Positions 13,499-25,847 of a stretch of DNA of 64,000 nucleotides are shown piece by piece. Source of the stretch: Bugula neritina. Taxonomy: Eukaryota; Animalia; Bryozoa. Position 1 is the first letter of the stretch. Each line of letters begins with the position of its first letter. The translations under genes and the position numbers were made by a program. The notes under the pieces are model-generated. The model had not been told where the DNA came from and searched no databases. It saw only the letters and a program-made list of their open reading frames with translations. The DNA lies in the NCBI GenBank assembly GCA_964035545.1, contig OZ037766.1, positions 3,038,001 through 3,102,000 of the forward strand, given 5' to 3'.

Positions 13499-16400
13499 CT
13501 ATTTCATCTTTGCATACATCTCTGCAATAACATCCTTGTATTTAGTCCTGCTCTCTACTCTCTTCAGCTTGAACGTTGGTGTCAGAAGATTGTTCTCTAC
13601 AGTGAAGGCCTCGGCAACCATGTGAATATCCCTGACCTGTTCAATATTAAAGAGACATTCCTTATGGCAACTATTAAAGAGTTTATTTCTCAGTCAATAG
13701 CTTAAAAAACTTTGATAGAAAGGAAAGCCAGGCTTACATACAAATCACCAAAAGTGTTCTTTTAATCACTTCTTAACAGCAGACTGCTACTGAATAGTGA
13801 TTAATACACTATCAAGTCTATTTTTAATATAAATTAAGAGCAGCCATGGTCTAGTGTTTAGAGCACTAGCCTAGTAAACACAAAGTCATAGGTTCGATCC
13901 CCAGTAAAGGCTATTGGTAATGTTAGGAACGGCATCCAGTCATAATTACTCCTTTACCACAATAGAAAAACTCTTTCCATCAGAGGTTCCCACAAGGATG
14001 ATGACTATAAACCCACGTGAGTTGAGTGAGTTTCATTATTATGATTTAAGAAATGAGTATATAAGCACTCGCAAAACTGTAAAGCATTCATATCAAACTT
14101 CTATCTAGACTAAGCTTCTTTCAGCCATCTTCACTTGATGTATGGGACGATGATAACAAACCCCTTTACATAGTAAAAAAGTGAAGAATCCCATAGCAAC
14201 TAACCTGTTCAAACCCTTTCAAATTAAATGTCTTAGCGGCAGACGCCATAGCTTTCATCACAGCTGCTTTTACTTTTTCATTTTTACACAATTCTTCCAT
14301 GCTTGTTGTACTTAGCCCAAGTTCTGATTTAGCATATGCAGGAAGTGTTTCCGGGTCGGGTACCACCACACCCACCTACAAGTTTGCCACAAATTACGAC
14401 TATGCTGATGACAACTCCTTCCAACAGAAAATCTAGAGAAAACCACCTCATCCTGTGTCTCAGGTTATCATTAGAAAAAAAATCAAATCTCCACGGTTTT
14501 AGCTGTCATAACTATAAATAGTTTATAGATACTAGAAATTGTTACTTTGTAATTATTTCAAAATTTTTCCTAACTTCAGTTTTTATCACAGACATACGAG
14601 TATTTGCTTCTCAAATGATTTTTAGCTTAAAATAATTATGTTGAAAAAATAGTCAGAGTAGACTCACTATTGCAGGCTGTTGCCGTAAACATAAAAAGTG
14701 GACTCACTAGTGCAGACTGTAGACTGTCACCGTGTACAAAGCACTGAGCAACCAAAGAACAACTCATATACACGTTTTCAATCTTCTCTGGTGCCACATA
14801 TTCTCCCTGAGACAATTTGAAGATATTTTTCTTTCTGTCGACTATCTTCAGTGTACCTCTCTGTAGATATAATACAAATATATTATATTGTATCCCTTTG
14901 TAATAATAGTATCAAATATATTATATTGTACCTCTCTGTAATAATAATATCAAATATATTATATTGTATCTTTCTCTGTAATAATAGTATCAAATATATT
15001 ATATTGTATCTTTCTTTGTAATAATAGTATCAAATATATTATATTATACATCTAAATTCAGTAAAATAACCCAATTGAACTGCCGAATAAATTTTGCAAA
15101 CATCTCACCTCGGTCCATCTACCAATATCTCCAGTGTGTAACCATCCGTCATCATCAATGGCTTCTCTGGTTTTTGCCTCATCGTGTAAATAGCCTTTGA
15201 ACACGTTGATTCCCTTACAGCACACCTCACCCACATTCTCAGCAGCAAAGTAGTTCATCTCAGGAACATCGGCTAGTTTTATCATATTGCAGCTGAGAGG
15301 GGGCCCAACTTCACCTGAAATTACCATTCTTTATTACAAACTCTCTGTTTTACTCTGAGCATCGAGTCTAGAGGTTTGTGTTGTTTCCAAACCTTCTAGA
15401 CTCTAGACTGTTGGCAATAAATTTTTCCAGCACAATTTTTCACATACAATCTTTCAAGCAATACCGCCAATACAAAAACAACCAAAAGTTACAAAAATGA
15501 AACAATTTTCAGTAGACTAAGTTTCCACAAAGTTCGAGAAATTGCCTTCTTTTTTAGGAACGTGCAACAGCAAATTTCTGACAACTACTTATAAATTTGA
15601 AAGTTGAAGTTCGTTAAAATACTATTGATAATTTCACAGCATAAAAAGATTTCATAACACATCACTTACCGTATGCTTGTTCCCCGGGAACGCTGCCTGA
15701 CATCGCCGCGGAACACTCAGTCTGCCCGTACCCCTCACAGACCTATAACACCAAAATCTGCCGCTCAAACGTCTGGATTAACACACAGAATATCAACACA
15801 CAGCAACAGTTAGTTTACTCACCACAGCTCCAAACGCTAGCCTAAAGAACCTCAGCACTGGAGTAGAAATAGGGGCGGCTCCTGTCACTATAATCTTCAC
15901 CCGACCCCCGAGTAAGTCTTGTAGTTTTTTAAAAACCAGTTTATCCCACAGAGTCGACTTTGTGATAATGCCCCTGAAAGAAAACACAACTCCAAAATAT
16001 TTTGTTAGGCTTTCCTAGTGACTAAAAAATGTTTGACCACCTAATAAACATCTTCAGCTCAGCTGGTGAAACAAATACAAATACTATACTGAAAACACAT
16101 TCAATGCTCTAAAGTAAACTCAAACCTACAGAGTATTAGTATGGGCCAGTAAGATAATGTAATTCTACTGCCAATAGATCTTCATTCAAATCAAAATACC
16201 AGTACAGGAGAATAAATTTTAAAACTTAGATAGTTTCATTACAGCATTATTAACAAGCTGACAGTAAGTATCAATAATTCAGAGTCTGAAATGTCAAATG
16301 GTCCTACTGGCTACTAGTAGTTACTATAACACTGACAGTCACTGTGGTACTGGTAGAGTTACTGTGGTACTGATAGTTACTATGGTACTGATAGAGTTAC

Positions 16401-18329
16401 TGATAGGTTTACTAGAGTACTGATAGGGGTACTAGAGTACTGATAAGGGTACTGATAGAGTTAATGTGGTACTTGTAGTTACTAGAGTACTGTGGTAGAG
16501 TTACTAGAGTACTGGTAGAGTTACTAGTAGAGTTACTGTGATTCACAGGTCAAAATAGAGCTTACCGTTTGAAGTACTTTTCTTTTTTATGGAGAGCCTT
16601 TTTCAACAAATAACTCTTTATTCTGCTCTGGCTAGCACCTGCCATTACCTTTCATATGCAAAACGATACAAGTCAACTTCCAACAATTTTTGAAACATAA
16701 GAACTCAGTAAACAGATACAAGTTGTGTGCTCTTGCTTGTTTATAATCTTCATACTGGCCAACTAGCATTAGATGTAACTGTACACAGCTATTTAATTAT
16801 AACAAAACTTTCTAAAGAAACTATTAGCTTGCAGCTAAAATTTTATAAAAAATATTTTAAGAATAAATAACTTTATGAAAATTGTTCTTGTATAAAACTA
16901 TCTGACAAGTGATGTTTTCAACGCATCTAGATAGATATGCGAGCATGTACCTTGTCGTATATTCTATTCATAAGTCTAGGAACAGATGGAAAGTAGGTGG
17001 GTCTGAGATACTTAATGTCGTTGAGTAGCTCTTTCACGTCTCCGCTATAGAAACCGATTTTTCCTCCTTGAGCTGTTACACACACCTACGGAACATTCTA
17101 GTCTTATAACTGAACATACTTCATAGAACCAGTCTTATAACACGACTAGTGAATAATGATGGAGGATTTGAGAATTGTCTCCCCAATAGGCAAGCATTGA
17201 GTATGAACTTTTTAACTGATTCAAAACTAACCTCTACTTGCAATGAGTAAGTATAAAATATCCCACAACTACTAGCAACTATTAACTAGTAACTATTAAC
17301 TAATAACTAGTAACTGATCATTAGTAACTAATAGCTAATAATTAATAACTGGTAACCAGTAAATAGTAAGTAGTAACCAGTAACTAATAACTAGTAAGTA
17401 GTAACCATTACCAAATAACTAGCAACTAGTAATTAGTAGCTAGTAACTAATAACTAATAATAAATAACTAATAACTTATAATCAATGAACAACCCACCAT
17501 TACAGTCTGTTCATACATGTGGGCAAGTGGTAGATATGATATGTGGGTCTCTTCTCCATCCTTGAGGATATCCTTCTGCTGCAGGGATTGTGTCTGAAAA
17601 AGAGGCTCACAGTCAGACAACAATAATCTAGCATAAGATTTACAACATGGTACTTACTCCACTACAGAATACATTAAAACAAGTTTCCCTACACTCAAGT
17701 ACTACTTTAATATGAATGAGGGTTTGGAACTAGATCACTCTTGCAGAACAACTTAAAGGTCAGATCTAGCGTGACCCCCCAAAAGTAACAAATCATTGGA
17801 TAGCTTTGCAACACACTTGGATCTCCAAGCACAAGTATTCATTTGTTTTAAATAATTAAGCTAATTGCATTCCCGTGTCTTAGAATTTTAAACAGACACA
17901 GATTGAAAGACTCAAAGAGAGTTGCTTTCTCTATATTCAAAGCTAATACTTACAAATAGACTAACTGAAGACTTAGCCACGTTGTTCAGCCCTTTATGCT
18001 GTATCATGGCTCCCTTGGGTTTACCAGTTGTTCCACTTGTATAGCAAATAACACAGAGGTCCTCTGGCCCACACAACTGAAGTAATGGGATCAGCATATA
18101 GACATGAGCATATTACACTGTGTCCTATTATATATTATATTCTATCTGATGACACTATATACTACATTATATCAAGTCATACGACCTACATTTACTACTG
18201 TAACACATACTATCTCAGATTATATTACAATGAATATCATTTCACCCTACCAAATGTAGAACAGGTGTAAAAATAGGCTTATTCAAGTGGCCTGGGGGTA
18301 CAAAGGGCACTGTCTGCACATGGAACAGG

Positions 18330-18363
<34 letters not shown>

Positions 18364-21300
18364 CAAGCTCACAAGAACAGATAAAAGTCACCTACCATTT
18401 GATCCACAGGATTATTCTTTCCTTCACTCTAAAAGACACACTAAGGATTAGTTGATCAGCTTAACTAATACAAAAACTTGCTGATTAACTCAACAGTAAA
18501 GCCTTAGCCAAGAGTGATAAAATGTAGCCCACAACTCAAGCATATCCAACCCTTTACTTGAAAGTCTTGGAAAGAAGTCTATTTTGAATTTATGAATTTA
18601 GTAAAAATAGACAAGAAACTTAGATTACGAAACTGATTGAAAAGTAAATTCAGAATACTTTATACATAATATTGAGCATACCACTAGATATTATAAGTTG
18701 AAGTTCAGCCAATAACCATATAGTTATTATTATAATAAGTTTAAAAATTCCATTTAAGGCCAAACCTCAAGCTTTTCAAAAGAGAGGATCGTCCATCCCT
18801 GACTCTCTGCTGCTGCCACAGTGTCAGCGCTGACAGAATTCATGTGAACCAAAGTTTTAACACTCGACAGCTGATCATGTCCCCATTTTAGTAAATTCTT
18901 AATCTTGTCCTCGTCATCACATATTATTACCTCCATTTTTGCTGGAAAGTATAAATTACGTTATAGATTTCAAACACACACGTCTTCAGAAGATATAAAA
19001 ATCAAGATACTCACAGGTGAAGATAACTTACTCTGATTAACTATATGTACAATTCCCTCATCTCCTAAAGTATCATACATTGGTACTATAACCATGGAGT
19101 GCTGGTAGCAGGCAAGTTGGGTCAAAACCATCTAAAACGAGCAACAAAATTGACATAAAATAAAGATGAAGCCATGCAATAGACTTGATATCAACAAGGT
19201 TTGCTTTTACAACTTTATAATATTATGTAAAGCCCATAAGTTAAACTTATATTAAGTGGGGAGTCAAGGCATGAAGTAATATGCACATCACTTGTCCCTC
19301 AAACTGCAATACTGACAGCATTTCACTCTCTGAGCCCAGCTTCACTTGACTATTGTATAACAGCATGCCACATGAAGTCAGAGTTTAAGTTTTGGCATTG
19401 TTCCAGAGCACCATTAAATGACCCTAGCCTGCAGGGTCACACCCTAGCCTGCAGGGTCACCGAGTAGGTTATGTTTCTACTAGCTACTACTTACTATGTT
19501 AAGGGAAACTGGAGTCTTACTTAAGAAAACTTCATTTTTGTACATCAACAATCAGCAATCAGTTTTCAATAAAATTAGCATTTGAATTCTTTTATTTCAT
19601 CTATTTTTTGAAAAAATGTCTTTTACGTTTTAAATGATTACCAAAATGATGTTCAAAAATAGTTCAAAATATAAAGCATTTTAGCAATTATATACTAATA
19701 CTAAGAATATCTTAACACTAATAAACTACCTTACGTTAAAACAATTTAACAACCTAACCAGCGCTCCCCCTATTGAGATATGTAAGCTGGCACCAACACT
19801 GGCTATTTAAAAAAACTATTTTTTGAAATAAAACACTGGAAAATAAGAACACTGCCAAATTTAAGTACTAAACGTTTACTTTTACAGGCAAAGATATTCA
19901 CTAAGCATTTTTGGCAACCTAAAATTGTTGAGGAAATAATGCTTTTGACAACCATCAATTTGATTGGCCGCATGATAGCATAGTTTGATGCTATTGGTTG
20001 AATGATTGCATAGTTCCATTATATCATCAATCATTTTAATGTCACAATTCTAGCCTAAGAAAATGATTGGTTAGATAAAGTTTTACCTCGGCTCTGTTTT
20101 TAGAAAAAACTCCAACGAGTGTGTCATTATTGGGCTGTTGATTCAACCACCTCAAACCATATCCCACGTTAGTAACTCTTTCTAAAACCTAAAACAAGAG
20201 TCACAGCGTAAACATTAGATGACCTATAATCCATGACATCACAAAACCTCTTTAAAGTAGCTTAAAATAGCTCATCAATCAACTGTAGATGCTGGCATTA
20301 AGAAGCTTAACCTGTTTGTAGGTCAACCAGTTGTCAAAGTCTGTGGCAGGGGAACTTCTCCACCCTAAGAAGTCATGATCACCTACAATATAATGTATAT
20401 ACTTCACATTGATGTCTAGCTCATTAGGATGTAGTAGCATGTATATACTTTACAATGATGTCTAGGTAATTGAGCTATAGCAACAATATACTTCGCAATG
20501 ATGTCTAATTGTATTTTGTTCTTTGGCGTATAATATACATAATTATAACACAGAAATACAGCAACCTCTATCCAGCAGTCAAAAAACATAATTTCAATGC
20601 TGAATGATATGCGTACATTAGTAAATTTTTTCCTCTTTCACGGAGATGACTACCAGGTGAAATAGATTATTTATAAGGGGGGGGGGGGGGGGGGGTTGAG
20701 ACTTACTCTGTTTCAACTGAACTACTAACAGCTGAAAACAGAGTAGAGGTTGTAAGCCTCGTTTACATAGCATCAAATTATCCAATTCATTCACTCCACA
20801 AGAAATACTTTACAATTGCCAGTATCCTAATAGCAAATACATTGTGATCACTCATCCATATAGTTATGTACACATCATCTCTACATTGAAGGAGATATCA
20901 GGTCACTTTACACACTCACATAAAGTGGCATTCATTTGCAACGCTTATTAATGAGTTATGCCCCCTCACCCGGAAACAAGCAATTTACTGGAGAGAATGT
21001 AAAGAGAATATATTTAAGATTGCAATACATTATTTTACAAAAAAGGAGAAATTCAATTACAATAATATCACAACAAGTCTAAATGAGCATAAAATCTTAA
21101 ACATGCCACAAGATGATATCTGTACACTACAAGATGATATCTGTACACTACAAGGTGATATCTGTACACTGCAAGGTGATATTTGTACACTGCAAGGTGA
21201 TATCTGGGTGACACGACATTTAGAAAATGACATTTAGAAAATACCTATTTGGAAAATAGACAATTCGAAAATGAAAAATATTCAACATGGTTTGGTCCTG

Positions 21301-22282
21301 AGGGGTTGTCCGGCATTTGGTCAATTTTAAAATAGGTTTTAAAAGTAAATATAATGGCCGAATCAGTTAGGCTATCATGGAAGTAGAATTAGTTACCGAG
21401 TAGTTCCAATTTAAAGTTGTTCACATTTACAAAAAGCTTTTTGAACTCGACCAAATACTAAACGCCCCCTCTGGACTAGGCCATCCTCAATATTCTTCAT
21501 TTTCCAAATGTCTATTTTCCAAATAGGTGTTTTCCAATTGTCATTTTCGAAATGTCGCGGATTCGATATCTGCATACTACAAGATGAGATATGCAGCTTA
21601 TTTTGCGGATTCCCCTAAAGTTCGTAGCAGTAGTTAAACCTCAACACTCTACTTATATTGCTAGACATTACTAAGACAAACTCATATCAACATCCAGGTA
21701 GATGTGTGTGAATCTCACCAAATCGTTTGACTGCCTCCTCAAAAACATCGTACAAGGTGCTGGTTTCATCAACAGGTAACTGTACTTTGGGTGTTCTGCA
21801 AGCAGGTATGTCCTGCAACAATACACACTTGTTATGATTGAACAAAGATAACCCGTCCAAGTATAGCTCTTTCTTAATGTATTTTGGCACCAAGGCTATG
21901 CAGGGGCCCTTCATTGAAGGATGCTTCTATAAGCAGCTCCAAATTGGAGGTGACCGAGTGCAGTAGTTTGCAGTTCTCAAGTCTATAGTATAAATTGAAA
22001 CTCAAAACTTCAAAGTTCAAACTGAGAGCTGCCAACTCGGAGCTGTTTATAGAACCATCCTCCATTGAATGGCCACACACGCACAGTTATCTTCATTTTG
22101 ATTGGTTACATACACAGCTATCATCATTTTGATTGGTCACTTACCGGGTGAACTTCACTCTGGTCAAGGAGAGATTTGACGTCTACTGTGTAACCCGAGG
22201 GGTCAGAGTTAGCGTAAACAGCAGCCATACCAACTAAACCAACAGCGGCAGCAGTTCCAACAGGTACAATCCAAGAGTCCAT
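13499..22282 (-). CDS. ACSL1: Long-chain-fatty-acid--CoA ligase (ACSL1/5/6 family), paralog A, about 680 aa, 17 coding exons, N-terminal hydrophobic anchor
   Basis: Exons: 22282-22145, 21812-21719, 20382-20312, 20188-20087, 19131-19032, 18941-18766, 18428-18396, 18076-17954, 17593-17498, 17085-16951, 16648-16566, 15973-15823, 15742-15670, 15314-15109, 14860-14708, 14375-14205, 13636-13499; total 2043 nt, in frame, same intron positions and phases as B. Begins [24 protein letters not shown]. All adenylation motifs are intact. Confidence 0.93.
13838..13960 (+). mobile_element. tRNA-derived SINE, family 1
   Basis: A box TGGTCTAGTG, B box GGTTCGATCCC, then GGCTATTGG..GTTAGGAACGGCATCCAGTCATAATTACTCCT. 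Homologous to 61630-61750 (-) and 24693-24803 (+). Lies in the last intron of ACSL-A. Confidence 0.75.
14861..15050. repeat. About 37-bp intronic minisatellite shared with paralog B (4073-4270)
   Basis: Same unit as 4073-4270. Confidence 0.85.
16310..16540. repeat. Degenerate GTACT/AGAGTTACT low-complexity repeat
   Basis: Directly visible. Confidence 0.75.
17268..17478. repeat. Degenerate 7-bp repeat (TAACTAR)n
   Basis: Directly visible. Confidence 0.75.
21108..21206. repeat. 21-bp tandem repeat (CAAGRTGATATCTGTACACTR), interrupted by a MITE
   Basis: About 5 copies; the register resumes at 21565. Confidence 0.85.
21207..21564. mobile_element. MITE with long imperfect TIRs (about 120 bp) and 8-bp TSD GATATCTG
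   Basis: Left CGACATTTAGAAAATGACA..ACCTATTTGGAAAATAGACA..GAAAATGAA is mirrored by right TTCATTTTCCAAATGTCTATTTTCCAAATAGGTG..TGTCATTTTCGAAATGTCG. GATATCTG flanks both ends (21199-21206, 21565-21572). It interrupts a 21-bp tandem repeat. Confidence 0.8.
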
Positions 22283-24692
22283 CTGAGGTGAAATGAGAGT
22301 AGAGTGAGTGATATATTTATATGCACATTAGAAAAGAGCTGATTGGCTAATCTTCAGCCAATTATGATAGAGCTTTTCAAATCCAATACTATTATAACTT
22401 TTAACTACTGGAAACTTCAAGGACTATGAGTTTACGAGTATTTTATACTGTTTATTGAGCCATTTCATTTGGCTTAACTGCATTTAGTCGCAGTTTATTT
22501 GCCATCAGCCAATTAAAATGATTGAAACGATTAACTGAAGACAAACATGATTACACCCGTTTCTATGGCAACATCATGCTTAATATACAAAATTTAGTGA
22601 TATAGTCATGATAAATCAAATTATTTGCTGCAAGATAGTGGGTTTTTGAAGTGGTTTGGTTGTCACCCCTAAAATATGACAGGAAGATTATTTATTTTAT
22701 GAAATTGATAAATTGAACTACCATCAAAATCCTGGAAACCCTAAACTATAATAACACATTTAATACTTTTCTTACACATAGTTGAAACTGGTGCAGCAAT
22801 ACGTAAGTTAGTGCTGCAGCTTAATAATCATACTGACTGTGCATGAAGACACAGTATTCCTGGCAAACCAAGAAAAGCAATCCATAAAATTAATACTCCT
22901 TTTGATCAAACCTAAAAACTAAGAGCAAAATCTGGATACTATTTGGCTATTTGATAGAAATACATAAACCTATGCATCGCAACTCACCAAATTACCATTG
23001 CTAAACTTTATAGAAAGAAACACTTTGTATAAAATCTACAATCATTACTTCAAAGTTTAATAGATCTATTCTAAAGAGTAAAGACATTCAAGGACTTCGT
23101 ACATGGAATAGCTATAGTAACTCTTTACTGCTAGTAGTACTAGTAGTCAACAGGCTTACTCCATACCTATAGTTATAACCAACCACAACTATGAACTTAC
23201 TTAGTTATTTACTTACTTTCTGGTTATTACTCACAGAATATAAATGGTAGATTAACTTAATATTCTCAGCTGGCTACACCTAATCCTAAAACGTAGCTAA
23301 AAAGTCAAAGACTTACCAAAGGGTTACACCCCTCGCCTTGCTTCAGTGAGCGCCAACTGGATTTCTAACAATACGCTGCTACAATAATCTACTATTATAC
23401 TTGCTTAATACTGCAATGCTTGCATAAATAGTATTCAATTCAACTGAGAACAAGCAACACGGCACCTTGTAAACTGAAACTGTCCAATAGGACGGCTAGA
23501 ATGGGATTCTATAGAATTAATAATAATAGTCAACGTGTCTGCAGGACAACAGAAATGCAAGCTGAGTAATCAGAAAGGAATCGAAATGACCACTGTAACT
23601 CAAGAGTATTTGTGTCATTTAGAGCTACCAACAAAAACATGAATTTATGTTAATGTTTAGTATCTGTGTTTAGTGTGTTCGTGCCGGTTGTCTTTGATAA
23701 AATGACTGACAATTTTTAGATTGATATGTGCAAGAAATAATCTTAAGACTCGAGTAGAATTTGCTGGAGTAACTGTAGGCCCACTTATGAGACACCTGGA
23801 AAACCTTTTCCAGAATTTTTGTAGAGATTTGAGTGACTGGACCAGCTTTATTTGATTAATTTCTAACCACAAATATGCTATCATGTAGTAAACTAAACTA
23901 ATTCCTTCAGCATATATATATTTTCCTGTCTCAGAACACCTACCGCGATAGCTGGAACAAAATCCAGTGAAAAGTAGCTGAATCAATCAACTCGACAAAA
24001 AATAAATAATTTCACAAAAATAAACAAACAGCATTGAAAATATGAGCAGACGATTTCTATATAATACACACATTTATTGTCTGAACTCTAAGTAAAGCAA
24101 AATAAAGTAAACATTGTAACCAATTAAAATCTCTTAGCAAAGTAAACTAAACCCAAACTTGAAAGTTTCAACTGAAAATATTCTCTTCTACTAAGGTTCT
24201 CACTTCATACAGACTTTTCTCTTACACTTAGTGTATGATTAGGCCTGTTCTTACTCTCATAACTAAGAGAAGGGGGGGGGGGACAGACTACATCATTATT
24301 CTTCAGTAACTGTGGAACAATAGCTAAGCAAAACCCAGTTTAAGTAAAGTAACCCTAGGATCGAGACAGGATTTACAAATAGCTATTACAGAGCTAATGA
24401 TACAGATATGTAAGTGTATGTATCACAGATATCTATCATCACTTCATAATGACATGTTATTCTAAGACTTACAATCCTATGCATGATATCTCTGGTAGTC
24501 ACAGAGCAGTAACTGAGTCCAGAGACTATAATAACATGCTTATTATATCCTAACACAGCAATTTACAAGTGATGATGTATCAATATAATTTAATAAAAAC
24601 AATAATTAAATTCATAAGATAGTCAGGGGTGGACTCCTAGTCACCCAGCAACGTGTCTAGACTCTGTGCGGGTTACATCGTATGTGTTGAGA

Positions 24693-24803
24693 GAGCAGCC
24701 CGGACTACTAGTCTACTGTTAGCATTACAACCTGAGCTAACTCAAGGGTTTGAATCCCGCAGAGGCATTGGTGGTGCCAGGAAGAGCGCAACTACTCCTG
24801 TGT
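24693..24803 (+). mobile_element. tRNA-derived SINE, family 1 (degenerate copy)
   Basis: GAGCAGCC start, GGTTTGAATCCC B box, GGCATTGGTGGTGCCAGGAAGAGC..ACTACTCCTGTG body resembling the other two copies. Confidence 0.55.
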
Positions 24804-25249
24804 CACAGCAAAGCCCTGCAGACTGTTACCAACCCTCTACCACTCATACACATACATGCATTCCAATGATGATATGAGTATGCTAGTCTGATACACACAT
24901 ATTACTATAATTCTACTCACTCTAACACTGGCATACCTAGCCAATACCCTCATATTATTTGTGTATGTAGGAGTGCCCAATTTTAGTGCTGTACTTGCAA
25001 TGCATATAATAATAATGTAGAGTTGAGAAAGAAGTGCTAGCAACTGTTGTGGTGAAACTAGAACCTTTTGTTAACTGAAAACAAACAAACTATGAGCTGC
25101 AAAGTTAAGATTTCATACACATTTGATGAGGAAACAAGAGTCTGGGTTTTTTAATTGCATGTATAAATTCAAGTTTGAGGCACGAGTCAAAAATCCCTGA
25201 GAAAATAAATTTAGTTCCTTTGCTCAATTCTTCCTTTAGAACACATGCT

Positions 25250-25503
25250 TTACTTACTGTACCTACTTACCGTACCTACTTACCGTACCTACTTACCGTA
25301 CCTACTTACCGTACCTACTTACCGTACCTACTTACTGTACCTACTTACTGTACCTACTTACTGTACCTACTTACTGTACCTACTTACTGTACCTACTTAC
25401 TGTACCTACTTACTGTACCTACTTACTGTACCTACTTACTGTACCTACTTACTGTACCTACTTACTGTACCTACTTACTGTACCTACTTACTGTACCTAC
25501 TTC
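25250..25503. repeat. 13-bp minisatellite (TACCTACTTACYG), about 19 copies
   Basis: Directly visible; the minus-strand unit contains GTAAGT. Confidence 0.97.
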
Positions 25504-25734
25504 TTCACATGAAAAATTACATTAATCTCTTAAATTGAATTTACTTATTTTGGTTTTTGAAATGCAGGATGACTCTAAAAGCTAAAAATGACTGAAATGA
25601 GTGCAGACACCTTTTAGAGTTACAAAACCAGTACATACCTCTAATATTTAAATTTACACAAAAATGTCTAAACTCCAAAAACAGTGTTTAGTTCGACAAA
25701 TAGAAGCCGCAATGTCACCAAGTGCTCAACTCAC

Positions 25735-25847
25735 CTTAAAGTCCTTGAATATTCCCATAACCTCTACTCTGAGTCTAAACAGTGAATGTTGGACCTCAAC
25801 TCCTACTCAGTGACCTCCAGACTGCAGTGTGAGGATGCAGTAGCAAC
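25735..25847 (-). other. Probable upstream (5'UTR or alternative N-terminal) exon of ACSL-A
   Basis: Acceptor tattatgtgattag, donor AAG|gtgagt. The exon ends in ATG GGA ATA TTC AAG GAC TTT AAG (MGIFKDFK, phase 0), in frame with the CAG|ATG exon at 22282. Confidence 0.45.

Noticed and set aside
13499-13513. Peroxisomal PTS1 or ER-retrieval signal at the ACSL-A C-terminus (YAKMK*)
   Set aside because: AKM is not terminal, the lysines do not fit KKxx/KxKxx, and read-through adds only one Ser before another stop.
7074-17593. Mutually exclusive Y/F gate exons as in vertebrate ACSL1/6
   Set aside because: Only one LPLAH exon was found per paralog, both Y-type.
20678-20695. Poly-G runs (also 7751, 24273, 43010) as G-quadruplex elements
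   Set aside because: Simple homopolymers with no shared context; their lengths are unreliable in assemblies.
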